Source: an uncultured Acidobacteriota bacterium (GTDB taxonomy: Bacteria > Acidobacteriota > Thermoanaerobaculia > Multivoradales > UBA5704). From it: a stretch of 64,000 nt of DNA. A program made the translations under genes and the position numbers. Location of the stretch: assembly GCA_963770895.1 (NCBI GenBank), contig CAVYRF010000001.1:1600001-1664000 (forward strand). Reading direction: 5' to 3'. Position 1 is the stretch's first letter, and each line of letters opens with the position of its first letter. Under the pieces are notes generated by a model. The model did no database searches. It saw only the letters and a list, made by a program, of their open reading frames with translations, and was not told the origin of the DNA. Shown piece after piece: positions 10,301 to 21,200 of this stretch.

Positions 10301-13300
10301 ATCGCGTCGCGCATCTCCTGCAGCAGGGCGCCGGTCTCCGCCGCCGTCAGCTCGACCTCGACCAGGTCGTTCGACCCCACCGTGTTGGCGCCTGCCGGAT
10401 GATCGAGCGGCAGCGGCGCGATCTGCCGCGGGGCGTCGCCGGGCGGTGCGCTTCCCGGCTCGCCGCCCTGCTGCCGGTTGCGCTCGGCCCACAGCTCGGC
10501 CCAGCGCCGGTAGGAGGCGGTCCTGGCGGGCAGCGCGACGGGCTCGCCGCGCTGCAGCTGCGCGCTGGCGGTTTCCAGGTCTTCGATCAGGATGCGCCAC
10601 GAGACCGCGTCCACCACCAGGTGGTGGATGACCAGCAGCAGGCGGCGGCCGCGCGCGCCGAGGTCGAACAGCGCGGCGCGCAGCAGCGGCCCGCTGCCGA
10701 TGTCGAGGCCGGCCTGGGTCTCGCGGCCGAGCGCGGCCAGCGCCCGGTCCTGGGCCGCGGCGTCTTGCGCGGCCAGGTCGTGCTGGGCGATGGGCGGGGT
10801 TTGCGCGGACTCGCCGGCATCGGCGCAGGTCTGCTCCCAGCCGGCGGCGCCAAGGTGAAAGCGCAGGCGCAGGGCGTCGTGGTGCGCCAGCAGCTGATCC
10901 AGGGCGCGCCGCAGGAGCACGGCGGGAAGGGGCCTGGCCAGGCGCAGCAGGATCGCCTGGTTCCAGTGGTTGGGATTGACCGCCTGGAGATCGAAGAACC
11001 ACCGCTGGATGGGGGTGAGCGGCAGCGGCCCGGCGGCGGCCTGCGGTGCCGCCGCGGGCTCCGCCGCCGCGCCGTCGGCGACGGCCGCCAGCCCGGCGAT
11101 CGTGGGATGCAGGAAGATCTGCATCGGCGTCAGCCGCAAACCGGCCTGATGCGCCCGCGCGATGATCTGGATGCTGAGGATCGAATCGCCGCCCAAGGCG
11201 AAGAAGCTGTCCTCGACTCCGACCTCCGGCAGCCGCAGCACGCCAGCCCAGATCTGCGCCAGGATCGTTTCGGTCGGCGTGCGCGGTGCGATGTGGGCGG
11301 CGGCGGCCGCCGCCGCCGCGGTGGGCTCGGGCAGCGCCCGGCGGTCCAACTTGCCATTGGCGGTGCGCGGCAGCTCCGGCAGGAAGACCAGGGCAGCGGG
11401 TAGCATGGGTTCCGGCAACGTCCGCTCCAGGTGCTCGCGCAGTGCGTCGGCGGTGAGCGCGCCGTCGGCTGCCACCCAGGCCACCAGCCGCCCCTGCCGC
11501 GCCGCCGCCGCCGCCGCCCGCACTTGCGGATGGCGCAGCAGCGCCGCCTCGATCTCGCCCGGCTCGACGCGATAGCCGCGGATCTTCACCTGGTCGTCGC
11601 GCCGGCCGAGGAACTCGAGCTGGCCGCCGGCGCCGTGGCGCGCCAGGTCGCCGGTCCGATACAGGCGCTCCCCGGCCGCGCCGCAGGGGTGCGGCACGAA
11701 CCGCTCCGCCGTCAGGTCGCCGCGGCCGACGTAGCCGCGCGCCACGCCCGCGCCGCCGGCATGGAGCTCGCCCGTCACGCCCGCCGGCAGCGGCTCCAGG
11801 TTGTGGTCCAGCACCAGGGCGATCGCGTTGGCCAGCGGGCGGCCGAGCGGCACGACGTCGCCGCCGGGCGGCGGCGGCAGGCGGCCGGCGACCACGCCCA
11901 CCGTCGTCTCGGTGGGACCGTAGTGGTTGAACACCTCGCACCGTGGTGCGAGCGCCGCGATCTGCCGCGCCAGCGCCGGCGGCAGAACCTCGCCGCCCAT
12001 CACCAGGAACCGGCGCGGCAGGCTGCGGCGCGATTGCAGCAGGGCTGCCATGTGCGACGGCACGATCTTGACCGCGTCGACGGCGTGCCGCTCCAGGTAG
12101 GCGGCGTAGCGCTCCGCGTCGGCGGCGTCGGCGCGCGGTACCAGGTGCAGCGTGCCGCCTGTCAGCAGGCTGGGAAACACCATGGTGTTGCACAGGTCTG
12201 CCGCCAGGGTCGACACCACGGCAAAGCACAGCCCCTCCGGCAAGGCCAGCAGCTCGCGCACCGCCTCGCAGTAGCTGGCGAGCGCCGCGTGCGGCACGCC
12301 GACCGCCTTGGGGGCGCCGGTCGATCCCGAGGTGAACAGCACGTAGCAGAGGTTCTCCGGCGCCGCCTCGCCTCCCTGGTGCGGCGGCGCGGCTTGCGGG
12401 CGGGGGAGCCGGGGGGCGCGGCGCTGCGGCCGGACCGCCGGCGCCAGGTCGTCGACCCAGACCAGCGGCAGGCCGGTCGCGGGCAGGCGCTCGGCCAGCG
12501 CCCGCTCGGCGACCACGCAGCGGGCTCCCGCCGCCGCCAGCTGCTCGCCCAGGCGGTCCGGCGGCGCCTGCTCGTCGAGGGGGGCGTAGGCGCCGCCGGT
12601 CTTGAGGATGCCCAGCATGCCCGCCACCCACGCCGGCGAGCGCGAGGCGAGCAGACCGGCCACGGCGTCGGGCCCCAGGGCGTGCTCGGCCGCCAGGCGG
12701 CGGGCGATGGCGGCAGCCCAGGCGTCCAGCTCGCCGTAGGTGAGCGCGCCGGCGTCGCCGGCGACGGCGACGCGATCGGGGGTGCGCAAGGCCTGCTCCT
12801 CGATCCGCCGGTGCAGCGGCCGGCGGTCGGCGCCGGGCCGCTGCGGGCCGGCCGCCGCCGCCAGCGCCGCCCGGCGATCCTCGTCGCCGAGCAGCCGCAT
12901 GCCGGCGCCGGGCGCCGCGGGGGTGCACGCCGCGCTCGCGGCGAGGGTTTGCAGGCAGCGCGCAAAGAGCGCCGCGGCCTCGCCGTCGACGCGGCCGCGG
13001 TCGTGGCGCAGCTCCGCCCGCAGCGCGCCGCCGGAGCGGACGGCGAGGAGCTTGAGCGCGGCGCCCGCGGGGCCGGCCTGCACCCGCTCCACGGCAAAGC
13101 GGGCGCCGGCGCTGGCGATCGCCGCGGGGAGCTCCAGGTACTCGAATTCGTACGCTGCCGCGGCGGCGTTCGGCTCCTCCAGCGGCAGGTGTTCCACCAG
13201 CCCGGCAAGGGCGTCGAGCCGGACCGCGATGGCGGCGGCGAGAGCGCTGAAACTGCCATCGAGATCCAGCTCCAGGCAGAGCGGCAGGCGCCGCGCATAG

Positions 13301-14202
13301 GCCCCGAACGCCGCCCCCAGCTGCTCGTCGCGGCCGCTCGCCACGTAGGCGAGCCGCAACGCGCCGCCGTCGCCGCCGCCGCCGCCGTCGAAACGCTGCA
13401 GGAGCGTCGCCCAGACCGCGAGCAGCGCCGCTTCCCCGGCGGCGCCGGCACCCGCCAGGTCGAATCGCACCGTGCCGAGCAGGCCGCCGCCGGCCGGCGG
13501 CGCCGCGTCGTCCGGCTCTGCCGTGCCGCCGCGCCGCGCGCCGCGCAGCGCCGGCCGGCAGAGGGGGCGCGGCGCGATCCGCGTGTTCTCTTCCCAATAC
13601 CGCTGCGCCGCTTCGCCGGGGCCCGCCTGCCCAGCGCCGCCGGCGTCCAGCTCTTCCTGCCAGGCGGCGTAGTCGGCGTACTGGATGGCGCTCTCCGCGT
13701 CCGCGTCCGCGGCGCCGCCGTAGGCCCGCGCGATCGCACTACCCAGCAGCGACGCGGTCCTGGCGTCGGCGCAGAGTCCCGGCAGGCTGAGCAGCAGGGC
13801 GTGGCGGCCGGCTGGCAGGCGCAGCAGCCCGGCGCGCAGGGGCGGTTCCTCCGGCGGGCCGGGCGGCCGCGCCGCCTCGCTGTCGAACAGATCCGCGACC
13901 GCCGTCGCGGCGTTCGCCGCCGAGGCGGCGGTCAGGTCGCGCTCCCACCAGCTGAAGTCGGGGGCCTCGCGGAACTCCTGCAGCGGAAAGCGCAGCCCGG
14001 GGTGGTCGAGGAAGACGGCGCGCAGGATCTCCTGGCGGCCCACCACCTCCCCCAGGGCGGCGCGCAACGCGGCCGCGTCGAGAGCCCCCGCGATCTCGAG
14101 CAGGCAGACGGTGCGCGGCACGAGGTCGGGCCCGCCGCTCGCGACGCAGAGGGCGCGCTGCTGGGTCGACAGGCGGTAGCCCTGGACCAGGTCGGTGGTC
14201 AC
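7393..14202 (-). CDS. NRPS: I(interface)-A(Asp)-T-E-C-TauD (fused Fe(II)/2-oxoglutarate beta-hydroxylase)
   Basis: GTG at 14202 overlaps the upstream stop (GTGA). GYRLSTQQRAL and LPGLCAD mark the I domain. Code DLTKVGHVGK (Asp), T LGGDSI, E HHLVVDAVSW, C HHIILDGWS. The C-terminal TauD has HNE...DNMLTAHGR. Confidence 0.92.
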   Translation of the reverse strand: MTTDLVQGYRLSTQQRALCVASGGPDLVPRTVCLLEIAGALDAAALRAALGEVVGRQEILRAVFLDHPGLRFPLQEFREAPDFSWWERDLTAASAANAATAVADLFDSEAARPPGPPEEPPLRAGLLRLPAGRHALLLSLPGLCADARTASLLGSAIARAYGGAADADAESAIQYADYAAWQEELDAGGAGQAGPGEAAQRYWEENTRIAPRPLCRPALRGARRGGTAEPDDAAPPAGGGLLGTVRFDLAGAGAAGEAALLAVWATLLQRFDGGGGGDGGALRLAYVASGRDEQLGAAFGAYARRLPLCLELDLDGSFSALAAAIAVRLDALAGLVEHLPLEEPNAAAAAYEFEYLELPAAIASAGARFAVERVQAGPAGAALKLLAVRSGGALRAELRHDRGRVDGEAAALFARCLQTLAASAACTPAAPGAGMRLLGDEDRRAALAAAAGPQRPGADRRPLHRRIEEQALRTPDRVAVAGDAGALTYGELDAWAAAIARRLAAEHALGPDAVAGLLASRSPAWVAGMLGILKTGGAYAPLDEQAPPDRLGEQLAAAGARCVVAERALAERLPATGLPLVWVDDLAPAVRPQRRAPRLPRPQAAPPHQGGEAAPENLCYVLFTSGSTGAPKAVGVPHAALASYCEAVRELLALPEGLCFAVVSTLAADLCNTMVFPSLLTGGTLHLVPRADAADAERYAAYLERHAVDAVKIVPSHMAALLQSRRSLPRRFLVMGGEVLPPALARQIAALAPRCEVFNHYGPTETTVGVVAGRLPPPPGGDVVPLGRPLANAIALVLDHNLEPLPAGVTGELHAGGAGVARGYVGRGDLTAERFVPHPCGAAGERLYRTGDLARHGAGGQLEFLGRRDDQVKIRGYRVEPGEIEAALLRHPQVRAAAAAARQGRLVAWVAADGALTADALREHLERTLPEPMLPAALVFLPELPRTANGKLDRRALPEPTAAAAAAAAHIAPRTPTETILAQIWAGVLRLPEVGVEDSFFALGGDSILSIQIIARAHQAGLRLTPMQIFLHPTIAGLAAVADGAAAEPAAAPQAAAGPLPLTPIQRWFFDLQAVNPNHWNQAILLRLARPLPAVLLRRALDQLLAHHDALRLRFHLGAAGWEQTCADAGESAQTPPIAQHDLAAQDAAAQDRALAALGRETQAGLDIGSGPLLRAALFDLGARGRRLLLVIHHLVVDAVSWRILIEDLETASAQLQRGEPVALPARTASYRRWAELWAERNRQQGGEPGSAPPGDAPRQIAPLPLDHPAGANTVGSNDLVEVELTAAETGALLQEMRDAMLAALVLALAPWSGDRPLWVDVEGHGRGAFPDLDTSRTVGWFTARVPVELPATLADADAAATLAAVRETVRRALQAAGQRPAVRPQVSFNYLGQIDGQAGASAGDGALFALADEPTGPPQDERGLRTHLLQITARVSAGRLRATWTFSRNLHRRQTIAGHAARFAAELRRLAGVGSAARGLADSYPLTPLQQGILFHALHAGETGVYVEQVTCRVTGALDAAAFERAWRLVVERHPALRTACDWHGGHEPLQVVHRQVDLRVERHDWRGVPASERERRIDLFLAADRARGFDLAAAPLMRLSLLQLADDLHQAVWTNHHIILDGWSRPVVLDEMFAAYEALARGLSPSLGAVRPYRDYVAWLAGQDLGEAERFWRRRLAGFAARNRLRIDRGAGAGRATAGASDRKERRRLTAAATASLARFARERQLTVYSVLQGVWALVLAGAAGARDLVYGTVVAGRPAALPEVERMVGLFINTLPARVAVDGGEPLVPWLRRLQAEQVEMRQFEHTPLAAIQPWSELPAGEPLFDTLFVFENFPSLSRAGAELDERLQVRFTDLRGFDQNNFPLTLTVVPSDPYGCEAMYDPERFAAADVAALLDGFVRVLDEALAHPEASLAEIARTALASPCAGQGAKPMTFKLVTPKPVSLDAADLIDTAPLVPGASLPLVVRPLGPGVDLAGWAAANRDLVRAQLARHGAVLFRGFPVDPEADFEPVAETLTSPLYDENGEHHRESVSGKVYTPVAFSPAKVLLWHNENSFNHQWPGQIWFGCAVPAAAGGEMPLADSREVYRRLPARLRDRFTERGVMYIRTYRPELGLSWQKVLGTERREEAEAYCRQGRMGCEWRPGDSLRTVAVRPAVLRHPVTGESCWFNQAQHWHPSCLDPETRQSMAALFPPEDFPRNCCYGDGSPIADDDMGEILAVYRSIEVVVPWQRGDMLLVDNMLTAHGRNAYQGPRRMLVAMGDMRSF

Positions 14203-15263
14203 GGGCGCGGCTCCAGCTCGTGCTCGCCGCTCATCTGGCCCATGGCGACCAGGATCTTGCGCGGGCCGGTGAAGGGGTTGCGCGCGTGGGCGGTCATCAT
14301 GTTGTCGGCCAGCAGCACGTCGTGGCGCTGCCAGGGGGCCGCCACGGAGTTTTCGTCGTAGAGGCGGCGGATCTCGGCCACCACCTCGTCCTCGATCGCC
14401 GCGCCGTCGCCGTAGAGCACGTTGCGCGGCAGGTCGGGCGCCGCGAAGAGGGCGCGCACCGGCGCCTGCACGGCCTCCGGCAGGCAGGCGACGTGATGGA
14501 GCTGGATCTGGTTGAAGAAGAGCTTCTCGCCGGTGGCCGGGTGGCGCGCCACCGCGACCCGGCGCTGGCGGGTGGCAAGGGCGTCGCCCTTCCACTCGCA
14601 GGCGACCCCGGCGGCGCGGCAGGCCGCCTCGACCTCGCGCCGGTCGCCGGTGCGGAAGAACTCCTGCCAGCCGACGTCGATGCCGGGGATGAAGTTGCGC
14701 ACGTAGAGCAGACCCTGGCGCTCGAAGCGATCGGCCAGCTCGGCCGGCAGCCGGCGGTAGATGGCGCGGCAGTCGGCGACGACCGTCTCGCCGCCCGACT
14801 GCGGCGGCTGCACGCAGTAAAACCAGATCATCAGCGGCCAGCGGTCCATGTGCGAGCTTTCGTTGTGGAAGAGGATCGGCTGGTCGGGCGGGTAGGGGGT
14901 CGACTGGTAGATGCGCCCGGAAACCGTGCCGCGCGGCAGGTCGCCGTACTCTTCGAAAAGCGGCCCGAAGGCGGCGGCCAGCTGCTCGAAGGCGGCGGCG
15001 GAGCCGACGGCGAAGCCGCGAAACAGGATCGCTCCGTGCCGCGCCAGGCGCTGTCGCAGCACGTCGAGGTGCTGGCGCACGAAGCCGCCCAGGTCGACGT
15101 CGTCGAGGGCCGGTTGGAGCACCAGCGGCAGGGGATTGCCGGGGTGCAGGGTCGACTCGCGGGCGAGTTGCGCGGTCGAGACCTGGACCGCCTTGCGGCG
15201 TGCCGCCGAGCGCGGCGCGGGAGCGGCGGCGGGCGCCGCGTCAGGCGAATCTTTCGGTTGCAT
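14199..15263 (-). CDS. TauD/SyrP-like Fe(II)/2-oxoglutarate dioxygenase (NRPS-associated beta-hydroxylase)
   Basis: HGAILFRGF, facial triad HNE (FHNESSH) plus DNMMTAHAR, and FFNQ motif. ATG at 15263 lies inside the 3' end of the upstream NRPS. Confidence 0.9.
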   Translation of the reverse strand: MQPKDSPDAAPAAAPAPRSAARRKAVQVSTAQLARESTLHPGNPLPLVLQPALDDVDLGGFVRQHLDVLRQRLARHGAILFRGFAVGSAAAFEQLAAAFGPLFEEYGDLPRGTVSGRIYQSTPYPPDQPILFHNESSHMDRWPLMIWFYCVQPPQSGGETVVADCRAIYRRLPAELADRFERQGLLYVRNFIPGIDVGWQEFFRTGDRREVEAACRAAGVACEWKGDALATRQRRVAVARHPATGEKLFFNQIQLHHVACLPEAVQAPVRALFAAPDLPRNVLYGDGAAIEDEVVAEIRRLYDENSVAAPWQRHDVLLADNMMTAHARNPFTGPRKILVAMGQMSGEHELEPRP

Positions 15264-18200
15264 GGGGGAAGCTCTCCGCGGCGCTGAAAGCGCACGCCAG
15301 ACGGTCAAGACGGATCTCGGGGGATGCCACGGCGCGCTCGATCACCGCCGCGTAGGCGGCGGCGAAGCGCCGCACAGTGGCCGGTACGAAGAGGTCGGGG
15401 TTGAAGACCCAGGTCTGGTGGAGGCGCCGCTGGTCGTCCTCGTGGGGGAAGAGCGCCAGGTCGAAGCGCGAGGTCTCCTGCGCCGCGTCCTCGACCTCGA
15501 CGGCGAGGTCGGCCAGCGCCAAGGCCGGCCGCTCGGCGTTCTGCAGCACGAACAGCAGGTCGAACAGCGGCGTGCGCGCCGGATCGCGCCGCGGCCGCAG
15601 CGCGCTGACCAGCTGGTCGAACGAGACGTCCTGGTGGTCGTAGGCGTCCAGCGTGGTTTCGCGCACCCGCCGCAGCAGCTCGCGGAAGGTGGGGTTTCCC
15701 GACAGGTCGGTGCGCAGCACCAGGACGTTGACAAAGAAGCCGATCAGACCTTCGATCTCCGTCCGGTTGCGGTTGGCGACGTCGGTGCCGATCACCAGGT
15801 CCTGCTGGCCGGTCAGCGCGAAGAGAAAGGCCAGCAAAGCCGCCAGCAGGGTCATGAAGAGCGTCACGCCTGCGCCGCGGCTGAGCGCCGCGAGGGCCGC
15901 GGCCAGCTCCGCCGGCAAGGCTGCCGCGTGGCGCGCGCCGCGGTGGGTCTGCACCGGCGGGCGCGGCCGATCGAGCGGCAGGTCCAGCGCCGCCGGCGCG
16001 CCCGCCAGCCGCCGCTGCCAGTAGGCAGTCTGCCGCCGCAGCTCCTCTCCCTGCAGCCACTGCCGCTGCCACGCCGCGAAGTCCGCGTACTGGATCGGCA
16101 GCTCGGGCAGCCGCGGCGGCGCGCCGCCGCGGGCGCGCTCGTAAAGATGCGTCACCTCGCGCACCAGCACGCCGATCGACCAGCCGTCGGCGACGACGTG
16201 GTGCATGGTGAGCAGACACGTGTGCTCGGCGCCGTCCAGCCGCAGCAGGGTGGCGCGCCACAGCGGCCCGCGCGCCAGGTCGAAGGGGAGTGCCGCCTCC
16301 TGGGCGGCGCGGTGCGCCGTCTCGCGCCGCCGCGCCCGCTCGCCGAGCCCGGCCAGGTCGACGACGGCGACGGGGATCGCCGGCTGCGGCGCGATCTCCT
16401 GGCTGGGCAGGCCGTCGAGGACCGGAAAGCGGGTGCGCAGCACCTCGTGGCGCAGGGCGAGATGGCGCAGGCTCAGGCGCAGCGCCGCGACGTCCAGGGC
16501 GCCGCGCATGCGCAGGGCGATCGGCATGTTGTAGAACGGGCTGCCGGGCTGCAGCTGATCGACGAACCAGAGGCGCTGCTGCGACAGCGACAGCGGCAAC
16601 GGCCGGTCGCGCGGTGCCCGTTCGATCGGCGGCGCGGCGGCGCGCGGCGACTGCCGGGCCAGCTCCACCTGCGCCGCCAGGTCCGCCACCGTCGGGTGCT
16701 CGAAGAGCAGCCGCAGCGGCAGCTCCAGCCCCAGGGCGCCGCGCAGCCGTGCGACCGCCTGCGCCGCCAGCAGCGAGTGCCCGCCAAGGGCGAAGAAGTC
16801 GTCGTCGACACCGACCCGCGGCAGGCGCAGCACCTCGGCCCAGACTCCTGCCAGGATCTCCTCGACGGGCGAGCGCGGCGCCGCCAGCGCCGCCGCCGCG
16901 GGCGACGCCGGCGCCGGCTCCGGCAGCGCCCGGCGATCCACCTTGCCGGCGGCGGTCAGCGGCAGGTGCGGCAGGAACACGAATGCCGCCGGCACCATGG
17001 CGTCGGGCAGCAGCTGGGCGACGTGCCGGCGCAGGCGCTCCGCCATGCCGGGCGCGGCCGGGTCTGCCGGCGGCTCGCCGGCAGCGACCAGCCGCACCCA
17101 GGCCACCAGCCGCTCGCCGTCCCCGTCGCCGGCGGCCGCCACCACCGCCTGGCGGACCGCCGGGTGCTGTTCGATCGCCGCTTCGATCTCGGCGGGCTCG
17201 ATGCGATGCCCGCGCACCTTGACCTGGCCGTCGAGGCGGCCGGCGAGCTCCAGCTCGTGCCGCGCCGTCCAGCGCGCCCGATCGCCCGTGCGGTACATGC
17301 GGCTGCCCGGCTGGTCGCCGAACGGCTCCGGCAGGAAGCGCTCCGCCGTCGCCGCCGGCTGGTCCAGGTAGCCGCGGGCGACGCCGGCTCCGGCGATGAA
17401 CAGCTCGCCGTAGACGCCGACCGGCAGCGGCGCCCAGCGCTCGTCGAGCACGTGGACGCGGACGTTGGCGATCGGCCCGCCGATCGGCGGCGGCTCGCCG
17501 GCGGCGAGCGGCCGCGAGATGGTGGCGCAGACCGTGGTTTCGGTGGGTCCGTAGGCGTTGAGCATCCGCCGCCCGCGCGCCCAGCGGTCGGCGAGCGCCG
17601 GCGGGCAGCGCTCGCCGGCCACCACCAGGGTGGCGAGCCGCGGCAGCGGGATCGCTTCCGGTGCGGGCGGCGCCGGCAGCAGGTGGAGCACCGACGGCAC
17701 CAGCGTGGCGGTCTGCACGGCGGCGCCGGCCAGCAGGTCGTACAGTGCCGCACCCGCGCCCAGCGCTTCAGGCGGCGCCAGGATCAGGCGGGCGCCGCAG
17801 GCGAGCGCCGTCGTCCACTCGGAAACCGCGGCGTCGAAGGCCGGCGAAGCGAACAGCAGCACGGCGCTGTCCGGCGTCACCGTGAAGGCCGCGATCTGGG
17901 CGAGCGCCAGGTTGCAGACGCTGCGGTGGGTGACGGCCACGCCCTTGGGCGTCCCCGTCGAACCCGAGGTGTAGATCACGTAGGCGAGGTTGTCCGGCGC
18001 CGCCGCCGGCGGCAGATCTGCGGAGGGCTGGGCGGCGGCGCGCCTGCCCAGGCCGTCCAGGGCGACGACGGGCACCGGCGGGGCGGGGAACGTGGCGCGC
18101 AGCGACTCCTGGGTCAGCAGCAGGGCCGCGCCGCTGTCGTGCAAGGCGCGGGCGAGCCGCGGGCGCGGATGCGCCGGGTCGAGCGGCACGTAGGCGCCGC

Positions 18201-21200
18201 CCGCCTTGAGCACCGCCAGCATGGCGGTGACCAGCTGCGGCGTGCGCTCCAGGCAGATCGCCACCCGCGTTTCGGCTCCGACGCCCAGCTGCCGCAGGTG
18301 GTGGGCCAGCTGATTGGCGCGCCGGTTCAGCTGGCGGTAGCTCAGCGGCTGATCCCGCCACACCACGGCGGGCGCGTGCGGGCGCAGCGCCGCCTGGCGC
18401 TCGAAGAGTTGATGGACGCAGTGCGGCGCGGCGCGCTCCACCCGCGGGCCGTCACCCAAGGCGAGCACCGCGAACCGTTCGGCGTCCGTCATCAGCGGCA
18501 GGTCCAGGACGCCGCAGCCGGGATCGGCGGTCGCCGCCAGGAGCAGCGTCTGGAAGTGCCCGAGCAGCCGGCCGATCGTGGCGCGATCGTACAGATCGCT
18601 GGCGAAGTCGACCGTGCCCGCCAGGTCGTCGCCGGTTTCGCGCAGCACCAGCGCCAGGTCGAACTTGGCGAAGCGGTTCTCCGCGGTCTGCTCGGTGAGC
18701 CGCAATCCAGGCAGGTCGAGGTCCTGGGCCGGCGCGTTCTGCAGCACCAGCATCACCTGGAAGAGCGGATGGCGCGCCAGGCTGCGCTCGGGGCGCAGCT
18801 CGTGGACCAGCTGCTCGAAGGGCAGGTCCTGGTGGGCATAGGCGGCGAGCGTGGTGTCCCGCACCCTGGCCAGCAGCTCGCGGAAGCTGGGAGCGCCGCC
18901 CAGGTCGGCGGGCAGCGCCAGGGTGTTGACGAAGAAACCGATCAGGTTTTCGACCCCGTCGTAGTGGCGATTGGCGATCGCCGTCCCCACCGCCAGCCGC
19001 GGTTGCGCGGCGAGGCGTGCCAGCAGGTTGGCGACGCCGGCAAAGAGGGCCATGAAGAGCGTGACGCCCTCCTGGCGGCTGGTCCGGCGCAGCGCCGCGG
19101 TGGACGCCCGCGGCAGGAGGAACGGCAGCTGTTGGCCGCGGAAGCTCTGCACCGCCGGGCGCGGCCGGTCGGTGGGCAGGGCGAGCTGGGGCAGGCCGGT
19201 CAGCTGGACGCGCCACCAGGCCAGCTGCCGCGCCAGCGTCTCGGCGGTCAGCCAGCGGCGCTGCCAGACGGCAAAATCGGCATACTGGAACGGCAGCTCG
19301 GGCAGCGGCAGGCCGCGGTACAGGGTCGCCAGCTCGCGCACCAGGAGCCCCGCCGACCAGCCGTCGGCGACGACGTGGTGCACGGTGAGCAGCAGCATCC
19401 AGTCGTCGCCGTCCAGACGCAGCAGCAGCGCTCGCAGCAGCGGCCCGCGCGCCAGGTCGAAGGGGCGCCGCGCCTCCTCCTCCGCCCACGCGCCGGCGAC
19501 CGCCAGCGGCGCCGCCAGGCCGGCGAGATCCACCATCGGCAGGGGGCGCGCGGACGCCGGCGCGATGCGCTGTGCGGGCTCGCCGTCGAGCGCCGGGAAG
19601 GAGGTGCGCAGCACCTCGTGCCGCCGCACGATCGTCGCCAGGGCCCGCGCCAGCGCCGCCGTGTCGAGCGCGCCGCGCAGGCGCAGGCCGAGCGGCAGGT
19701 TGTAAGCCGGGCTGTGCGGCGCCAGCTGCTGGAGGAACCAGAGCCGCCGCTGGGCGAAGGAGAGCGGCAGCGGCCGGTCGCGGCCGGCGGGCTGGATGGG
19801 CGGCAGCGCCGGGCGCTGCTCCGCCGACCGCAGGCGCGCCGCGAAGGCGGCCAGCGTCGGGTGCGCGAACAGGTCGCCCACCGGGACGTCGACGCCGAGG
19901 GCGGCGCGCAGCCGGGAGAGCACCTGCATGGCGAGCAGCGAATGCCCGCCCAGCGCGAAAAAATCGTCGCCGGCATCCACCCGTGGCACACCGAGCGCCG
20001 CGGCCCAGATGGCCGCCACGATCTCCTCGTGCGGGGTGAGCGGTGTCGAGCGCGCGGCGGCGGCTGCCGGCGGCGGGTCGGGCAGCGCGCGGCGGTCCAC
20101 CTTGCCGCGCGCGGTGAGCGGCAGCGCCGGCAGCACCACGAACGCCGCGGGGATCATGTGCTCGGGCAGCAGGCGCGCCAGGTGCCCGAGCAGATCGGTC
20201 GCCAGCGGCCCGCGACCCGGGTGGGCCGCATCGCGCTCGCCGTCCGCCGCGGCCACCCAGGCGATGAGGCGTCCGGCACGCACGGCCGCGGCCGCCGCGC
20301 GGACCTGCGGATGGCGCGCCAGCGCCGCCTCGATCTCCGCCGGTTCGACGCGGAAGCCGCGGACCTTGATCTGCTCGTCGGTGCGCCCCAGGCACTCCAG
20401 CGTGCCGTCGGGGCGGCGGCGGGCGAGGTCGCCGCTGCGGTACAGCCGGGCGCCGGGCCGCGCACCGAAGGGGTGGGGCAGGAAGCGTTCGGCGGTCAGG
20501 TCCGGCCGGCCCAGGTAGCCGCGCGCCAGGCCGATCCCCCCCAGGTACAGCTCGCCGGCGACGCCGGCCGGCACCGGCGCCAGCCGCCGATCCAGCACAT
20601 GAGCTTCGATCGCCGCGATCGGCCGTCCGATGGGCACCGGCCTGCCGGCGTCCGCCGGCGTCAGGCGCGCCTGCACCGAGACCACGGTGACCTCGGTGGG
20701 TCCGTAGAGGTTGACCAGCTCGAACGGCAGCTGCCGCGCGGGGACGTGGCTGAGCCGGTCGCCGCCGACGCCCAGCCGCCGCAGGTGCGGCGCGCCGGCC
20801 GACCAGGGCAGGCCGAAAAGCAGCTCGGCCACCGGCGTGGGCGCGAAGGCGACGTCGATGCGGTGGCGCGCCAGCCAGTCGGCCAGCTCGGCCGGGGCGC
20901 GGCGCGCCTCCTCGGGCACGATCCACAGGGCGGCGCCGGCGCAGAGCGCCGGCCAGATCTCCCAGGCCGAGGCGTCGAAGCCGAAGCTGGCGAACTGCGA
21001 CGTGCGTTCGCCGGGCGCCAGCGGGTACGCGGCGAGGTGCCAGGCGACCAGGTTGTGCAGTCCGGCGTGCGTCACGCCGACCCCCTTGGGCGCGCCGGTC
21101 GAACCGGAGGTGTAGATCACGTAGGCCAGGCTCTCCGGCGCCGGCGGGGCCTCGCCGGCGACGGGGGCGGGGACCGCGGACGGCTCGCGGCGAGCGGCGA

